From the NCBI GenBank assembly GCA_963665235.2, contig CAXXLX010000001.1, forward strand, positions 2,112,001 to 2,176,000: a stretch of 64,000 nt of DNA, given 5' to 3'. The stretch's first letter is position 1, and each line of letters starts with the position of its first letter. A program made the translations under genes and the position numbers. The stretch is from Candidatus Poribacteria bacterium (GTDB lineage: Bacteria > Poribacteria > WGA-4E > WGA-3G). Below are positions 59,043 through 64,000 of this stretch, piece after piece. The notes under the pieces are model-generated. The model did not search any database, was not told the DNA's origin, and worked only from the letters and a program-made list of their open reading frames with translations.

Positions 59043-59867
59043 ATGCAATACCGCACACTCGGTAAAAAAACAGGACTCAACGTTTCTGAAATCGGTTACG
59101 GTGGTGGTAGGGTGCGCCCAACGCACGATGAAGCAGCATTGGTCAATATGCTTCATTACGCCATAGACCACGGCATCAATTACATAGACACCGCTCCTAC
59201 CTACGGGGGCGGTTATAGCGAAACCGTTATCGGTAAGGCAATTGCGGACCGCCGAGACGCATGCATCGTCGCAACGAAAACCGAAGCGTTTACGCCAGAT
59301 GGAATCGTCGCCGATGTGGAAGGCAGCTTACAACGGCTCAATACCGACTATATCGATGTGCTTCAATTTCACGGCGGCTGGTTTTATGCTGAACAGACAG
59401 AGCAGATTCTGAACGGCGGCGGCTTGGAAAAATATCTGAAACTCAGGGAGGAGGGGACAGTCCGATTTATCGGATTTTCCGCAGACGGTCCCTCTAGTGG
59501 CACAGAACAGCTGATTGCCACCGGCGAGTTCGATATGATGCAAATCCATTACAACCTGATGTATCAGAGCACTTGCGATACCTTCGGCAGACGCGGAGTT
59601 ATCCCGGATGCTGTTGAGCAAGAGATGGGAATTGTGTTGATGCGTTCTACCACCAGCAACGCCTTCCAAAATCTGATGAAGCACTGCTTCCCTAACGAAA
59701 TGGCGGACGTTGATGTAGATAGCTTTTTACTCAACTATTCCCTCTCCAACCCGATGGTGGATGTCGCGCTGATGAGCCTGCAAAGTACTAACGATGTGGA
59801 CTGGACAAACGCAGTGTCGGAGGACGTAGCGGCACGTCTGGATTTGCGAGCAATTCATGGAAGGTAG
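59043..59867 (+). CDS. Aldo/keto reductase
   Basis: GLNVSEIGYG, IDTAPTYG, IVATK, SLQRLNTDYIDVLQFH. Confidence 0.9.
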   Translation: MQYRTLGKKTGLNVSEIGYGGGRVRPTHDEAALVNMLHYAIDHGINYIDTAPTYGGGYSETVIGKAIADRRDACIVATKTEAFTPDGIVADVEGSLQRLNTDYIDVLQFHGGWFYAEQTEQILNGGGLEKYLKLREEGTVRFIGFSADGPSSGTEQLIATGEFDMMQIHYNLMYQSTCDTFGRRGVIPDAVEQEMGIVLMRSTTSNAFQNLMKHCFPNEMADVDVDSFLLNYSLSNPMVDVALMSLQSTNDVDWTNAVSEDVAARLDLRAIHGR

Positions 59868-59871
59868 GCAT

Positions 59872-60273
59872 TTAAGGGATTCGTGGAGGCCTCTCGTCTA
59901 CTGATGCCTCCTCCTTGCTCAGCACTTCCACGAGGTGATAGGCGTAACGCCCAACATCTTGAATCTCTGTCCCTCGGTCCTCAAGCCTGACTTTGAGCGT
60001 ATAGATATACCCTGGCACAAAGTCGAACCCCTGTATGCTTTCATAGAAATACTCCCACTGCTGGGTTTCCTCGTTGAATTCCAGAAAGCAATCCTGTTCA
60101 ATGAAACCTTGACATCTTACGGTGTAGGGGCCGATAATGATGGTTTCTATGTGCTCGCCATCGGGGGTGATGGGAAGACGGGTACCGTTGGTTGACGAAT
60201 CTCTATCACAGCCGATGGAGAACAGGAGTAAGAGTAAGGCAATTGAGGTTAAGTATTTTTGAAACAGTGGCAT
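59872..60273 (-). CDS. DUF4377-like lipoprotein
   Basis: Lipobox FSIGC; C.G....CF...W.YFY.SI.GF.F.PGY.Y.L.V. Confidence 0.75.
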   Translation of the reverse strand: MPLFQKYLTSIALLLLLFSIGCDRDSSTNGTRLPITPDGEHIETIIIGPYTVRCQGFIEQDCFLEFNEETQQWEYFYESIQGFDFVPGYIYTLKVRLEDRGTEIQDVGRYAYHLVEVLSKEEASVDERPPRIP

Positions 60274-60327
60274 GTTTTTCCTCCATGTTGGTAGTAGGAT
60301 GATTTATCACCCGTTCCGACTTGGTGC

Positions 60328-61263
60328 CTAAGCGTCTGGGGGTTCCCCGGGTTTTGCTAACCGAGCGATATAAGCTTCCTGATAGGTTTCCCAGTCCTCC
60401 GTGGGGGGAATCTCAAAAAGCCCGGAGGTCCAGACACGCGGTTTCTTTTCAATCCGCATCAACATATCCCGCGCACTCAGATATTGCCAGTACTCGTTGA
60501 AATTTCGGATTGTGACGTTTCTATCGAGAAGGTTTTGGAGCCATTCCTTGCGCGGGTATTTCTCATCTATTTCAGCAAGCGGCAGCAATTTCCCACTGTA
60601 TGCCAAAATCTCAACCCCGTTTATTACATGAGACTGGGCGACCGTGGAGCCCGCGTGCCGTTCGTTGTACCGGGTATCGAACCTCGCCATCAATGCTTCT
60701 GGGGTGTTCTGTTCCGTGCGTTCTTCCGAACCTCTGTGTTCTTCGAGCTGGGCTCGGATTCTTTCGGCATGTTCTTCCGCTGTTTCACGGTATCTTCGGA
60801 CCTGCTCACGAATTCTTTCAACCTGGTTCGCGGCAGCATCGTGCTGCTCTTCTATTTGGTTGTGAATGTTTTTAATTTGTTCTTCGGCGTTTCTACTGTT
60901 TTCTTCGATGTCGCTGTGAATTCTTTCAATCTGCTCCGAGACGGTTTCCTGATGTTGTGCTAACTCATTCTGAAGTCGCTGAATCTGTTCTTCTAATTCG
61001 TTCTGAAGCCGCTGAATCTGTTCCTTCACAGCCTCCCGATGTTCCGCTAACCCGTGGTGGAGCAGCTGAATCCGTTCTTCAGCAGTCTGTCTCTCTTTGT
61101 GCTGCTGCTCGTGAATTTTTGTAATCTGTTCTTCAGCAGTGCGTCTATGCTGTTCTACCTGATTCTCGATTCGCTGAATCCACGCTTCTGCAGCACTTTC
61201 ATGTTCTGCTATCTGGACCTCTGTTTCTGCGATAAATTTTTCAGCATGTTCCAGAGTGTTCAT
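60328..61263 (-). CDS. Coiled-coil protein with 18-residue repeats and a globular C-terminal domain
   Basis: Units such as TAEEQITKIHEQQHKERQ / TAEERIQLLHHGLAEHRE / TVSEQIERIHSDIEENSR; AAGGAG SD. Confidence 0.75.
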   Translation of the reverse strand: MNTLEHAEKFIAETEVQIAEHESAAEAWIQRIENQVEQHRRTAEEQITKIHEQQHKERQTAEERIQLLHHGLAEHREAVKEQIQRLQNELEEQIQRLQNELAQHQETVSEQIERIHSDIEENSRNAEEQIKNIHNQIEEQHDAAANQVERIREQVRRYRETAEEHAERIRAQLEEHRGSEERTEQNTPEALMARFDTRYNERHAGSTVAQSHVINGVEILAYSGKLLPLAEIDEKYPRKEWLQNLLDRNVTIRNFNEYWQYLSARDMLMRIEKKPRVWTSGLFEIPPTEDWETYQEAYIARLAKPGEPPDA

Positions 61264-61280
61264 CGATTTTTCTCCTTTGT

Positions 61281-61308
61281 GTATGCGGCAGCTTCCGCTA
61301 CCGCATAC
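61281..61308. other. Intergenic hairpin (REP-like or mRNA stability element)
   Basis: GTATGCGGCAGC-TTCC-GCTACCGCATAC, 11/12 stem. Confidence 0.55.
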
Positions 61309-61328
61309 CTAAATCCCGTGGTATATGC

Positions 61329-62843
61329 CTAAAACGTGCTTTCGCTGTTTGTAATTGCACACCACCGCGCTGTAAGCAGATAATCGAAAAGAGCAGATTC
61401 GGCTTCCGGGGTGCCAATTCGTTTCAGCGCGTGGATAGCGTTGTCCCGCACGTATCGATTCCTATCGGTGAGTGCAGTCTGCAAAACCGGAATAGCATCG
61501 CTTGAAGCTGGACCAATCTGTGCTAATGCCAACGCTGCTTCAAAACGGACCTGTACATCCTCATCGTTAGCTAGCATATCGATTAAGACAGGGACAGCAG
61601 GTGCTGCAGGCGCGCCGATACCGCCGAGGGCTTCGGGAATATAGCGGCGGACTTCAACTTTGCTGTCTTTCGCGCGTGCTATTAGTGCTGGGACTGCCGG
61701 TTCCGCTGCTCTACCTATCTGTGCAAGTGCGTAAGTTGCCTCCACCCGTGTTTGGTCATTTTCCTGTTCCAAAGCTTCGGAAAGTGCTGGCACTGCTGGC
61801 GCGCCAACTGCTGCTAAGGCATAAGCGACTGTCCGTCGCTTCGGCCCATTTTCATCGACAAGCAACTCTATCAGCTTCGGCACAGCAGGTGCGCCGATGG
61901 CTCCTAAGGCATAAGCAGCGCTTAGACGCACCGGTTCATAATTGTCGGGCAAAACCTGAATTAGCATTGGCACCGCTTCCGTTGCAGCTTCACCTGACAG
62001 GCCCAATTTGTCCGCTGCACGCGACCGCAAAGCTGGGTCAGCACCTCCTAACGCCTCAATGTAACTTGCAATATCTCCATTTGCCGGCTGAACAGTGTGC
62101 CCGTTGGATTTGTTTCCTGTCATCCACTGCCAGACATGCCGCCATGTTCCTTCGTGCCGTAGGGCGACCGGATTGCCATTTTCAGGGATGCCATCCGCTT
62201 TCCAACTTGCATCGGATACGTTCCATTCGGGGGTTTGCGGTTCGTCCATCCGAATAAACTGAAATTTCATCATGTAACGGGTTTTATCGGTCTGATTTGC
62301 CATTGCGCGGTGCCACAAATCGAAGTGGATAAGCGTTACGGTGCCTGCCTCCCCGCTGAGAGCCAATTCACCGTCGTTGTTTTCGGTAATTCGTGTGCTG
62401 TAATACTGCGTTCCTGGCAAAACAGACGAGGGCCCAATTTCCACCGGTGCATCCTGTGGATAGTAGAACGCCATCGCCCATCTTGGACAGTGGTGGCGTA
62501 CCTTTTGATGTCCCCAATAGCTATCCTTGTGAAACCCCTGCCCACCGCTGTGTGGCTGGTTCCGATGCGGATGCCGATGGGAATGCATCACATAATTCTG
62601 TCCCAAAATACTCGTCAATGCCCCGCGAACCGTGGACTCCTCAAAAACGGCTTGCAATTCCGGAACTCGCGGTAAAATGTTATTTCCCAAATTTCCCTCT
62701 TTCTCCGTGAATTCCTGCGTTTTACGATAGATTGTCTCATGAACACTTCGCGGCAGGTCGGCCTTCACTGTGACATAACCGTTCACAATGAAATCCCGCA
62801 TCTGTTCATCGCTAAAAAGGTTTGAATGCCCTTGCATTGTCAA
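61329..62843 (-). CDS. PhyH-like dioxygenase fused to HEAT repeats
   Basis: FIVNGY, FHKDSY, HFDLWHR; C-terminal VR..AA.ALG.IG..AVP.L repeats. Confidence 0.85.
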   Translation of the reverse strand: MTMQGHSNLFSDEQMRDFIVNGYVTVKADLPRSVHETIYRKTQEFTEKEGNLGNNILPRVPELQAVFEESTVRGALTSILGQNYVMHSHRHPHRNQPHSGGQGFHKDSYWGHQKVRHHCPRWAMAFYYPQDAPVEIGPSSVLPGTQYYSTRITENNDGELALSGEAGTVTLIHFDLWHRAMANQTDKTRYMMKFQFIRMDEPQTPEWNVSDASWKADGIPENGNPVALRHEGTWRHVWQWMTGNKSNGHTVQPANGDIASYIEALGGADPALRSRAADKLGLSGEAATEAVPMLIQVLPDNYEPVRLSAAYALGAIGAPAVPKLIELLVDENGPKRRTVAYALAAVGAPAVPALSEALEQENDQTRVEATYALAQIGRAAEPAVPALIARAKDSKVEVRRYIPEALGGIGAPAAPAVPVLIDMLANDEDVQVRFEAALALAQIGPASSDAIPVLQTALTDRNRYVRDNAIHALKRIGTPEAESALFDYLLTARWCAITNSESTF

Positions 62844-63120
62844 CTCTCCATTTTTGTATGAAAATTAATAGACTCAGTCACTAGTGTCGCAATCTTCCGA
62901 TTGGGTACCTATAATTTTACCATAGTTTGAAGTATTTGTCACATATTTTTTAGGGGAGGTGCCCATATTTTGGCGAAAAGGGGGATGGAAGATTGGAAGG
63001 ATGGAAGGATGGAAGATTAGATTTCGCGTGTGTTGTCAGAATCGCGGATTACACAGAGGACACAGAGAACGCGGAAAAAGAGGATTGTTGCTAATACCAT
63101 TTCTAATTGAAAATGTCTCT

Positions 63121-63518
63121 TTATTGTCCCATAAACTTCCAGTTTGTGCTGTGCGTTATTGTAGCATAAACTTCCAGTTTGTGCCGTGCGTTATTGTAGC
63201 ACAGGACTTACGCAAATTTAGCAGGATGCTCGTAGGGGCGGGGTCCCCCCGCCCGCTAGGGCTCCCTCTAAATCCCATTAGCATAAGGATTTATCAACGC
63301 GCTGCGTAAGTCCTAGTAGCATAAACTTCCAGTTTTGCTGTGCGTTCTTGTGCGCTTCTTGTAGCATAAACTTCCAGTTTGTGCTGTGCGTTCTTGTAGC
63401 ATAAACTTCCAGTTTGTGCTGTGCGTTCTTGTAGCATAAACTTCCAGTTTGTGCTGTCGTTCTTGTAGCATAAACTTCCAGTTTGTGCTGTCTTGTAGCA
63501 TAAACTTCCAGTTTGTGT
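63121..63518 (+). repeat. Tandem array of eight GTAG-type REP-like hairpins (unit about 35 bp)
   Basis: GTAGCATAAACTTCCAGTTTGTGCT at about 63126 (degenerate), 63161, 63196/63316 (split), 63361, 63396, 63431, 63465, 63495. Confidence 0.9.
63202..63315. mobile_element. Second CAGGACTTACGCA MITE, inverted, with GTAGCA target duplication
   Basis: AGGACTTACGCA/TGCGTAAGTCCT ends; GTAGCA at 63196-63201 and 63316-63321. Confidence 0.8.
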
Positions 63519-63618
63519 CCTCCGTTCTCCGTTTCATTTCTAACAACCGGTAATGATAGAATAATTAATAAAAATGGTATAACATCAAATTGCCCTTATA
63601 GAATATCATAAAAATATC

Positions 63619-63647
63619 TTGATTTTTTTCAAACGCGCGTCTATAAT
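63619..63647 (+). promoter_or_regulatory. sigma70 promoter
   Basis: TTGATT-17bp-TATAAT; AAGGAGG SD before ATG 63674. Confidence 0.65.
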
Positions 63648-63673
63648 GATAGTAGTCAAAAAGGAGGAAACAC

Positions 63674-64000
63674 ATGAGCTGGGGATTAACAACAACTGTA
63701 TCCGATGAACAGGTCAAATTTTACAGAGAAAATGGATATCTCAGCTATGGCCGCATCTTTACGGAACCCGAGCTGGATACACTTCGAGACTACGTGGACG
63801 CAATGATTGAAAATTTGCCGGAGGGCAAACGTCCAGAACAGATGGACGTACCGCATTTTGAGCATCCGTTCCTATTCAAATATCTCACACATCCACGCGT
63901 GTTGAAAGTGATTGAGCGGTTTATCGGGCCGGATATCGTCCTGTGGTCAAGCCATTTCATTAGCAAACGCGAGAACGACGGTATGGCGGTCCCGTGGCAT
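63674..64000 (+). CDS. PhyH family dioxygenase, 3'-truncated by the window edge
   Basis: MSWGLTTTVSDEQVKFYRENGYL...IGPDIVLWSSHFISK..VPWH. Confidence 0.85.
   Translation, partial: MSWGLTTTVSDEQVKFYRENGYLSYGRIFTEPELDTLRDYVDAMIENLPEGKRPEQMDVPHFEHPFLFKYLTHPRVLKVIERFIGPDIVLWSSHFISKRENDGMAVPWH

Noticed and set aside
63121-63518. CRISPR array
   Set aside because: Linkers are about 5-20 bp and nearly identical rather than unique spacers; no cas genes in the window.
62959-63546. ORFs 62959..63309 and 63313..63546
   Set aside because: They are translations of the REP array, MITE and GGAAGGAT repeats.

Overview
Gene-dense bacterial chromosomal segment with about 50 CDS. I recognised no rRNA, tRNA or CRISPR array. 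Gene content (three PhyH dioxygenases, WD40/TPR/HEAT/FG-GAP/Ycf48 repeat proteins, a dockerin-like plus C-terminal sorting-domain protein, PorV-like barrel, PQQ-like propellers) suggests Candidatus Poribacteria or a similar host-associated lineage; this is an inference. Core or metabolic genes include cimA, dnaE, an Ahb/NirJ-like radical SAM, a TolC/MFP pair and a GHMP kinase. Main unexplained structure: (1) an Rpn/YhgA nuclease gene that appears leaderless, has a strong internal SD+ATG for a small C-terminal product, and is followed by a second diverged copy of only that C-terminal part; (2) a GGGTGTGTAAA(G/T)(T/A)TTTTG repeat family lying 11-18 bp upstream of sigma70 -35 boxes, whose inverted pairs bracket a 327-bp element and a 3.7-kb REase/MTase/Fic island; (3) a GriC/GriD (EhpF/EhpG)-like carboxylate reductase pair with PQQ-like propeller genes, interrupted by tandem mosaic nuclease-like and HicB-like copies; (4) a CCCH-repeat Cys-rich protein beside an STT3/AglB-like gene lacking WWDYG; (5) nested small repeats (REP array, MITE, heptamer element with gene 3'-end duplication, in-frame REP-like insertion). 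Three single frameshifts may be sequencing errors. All family assignments are from motif recognition only; no searches were run.
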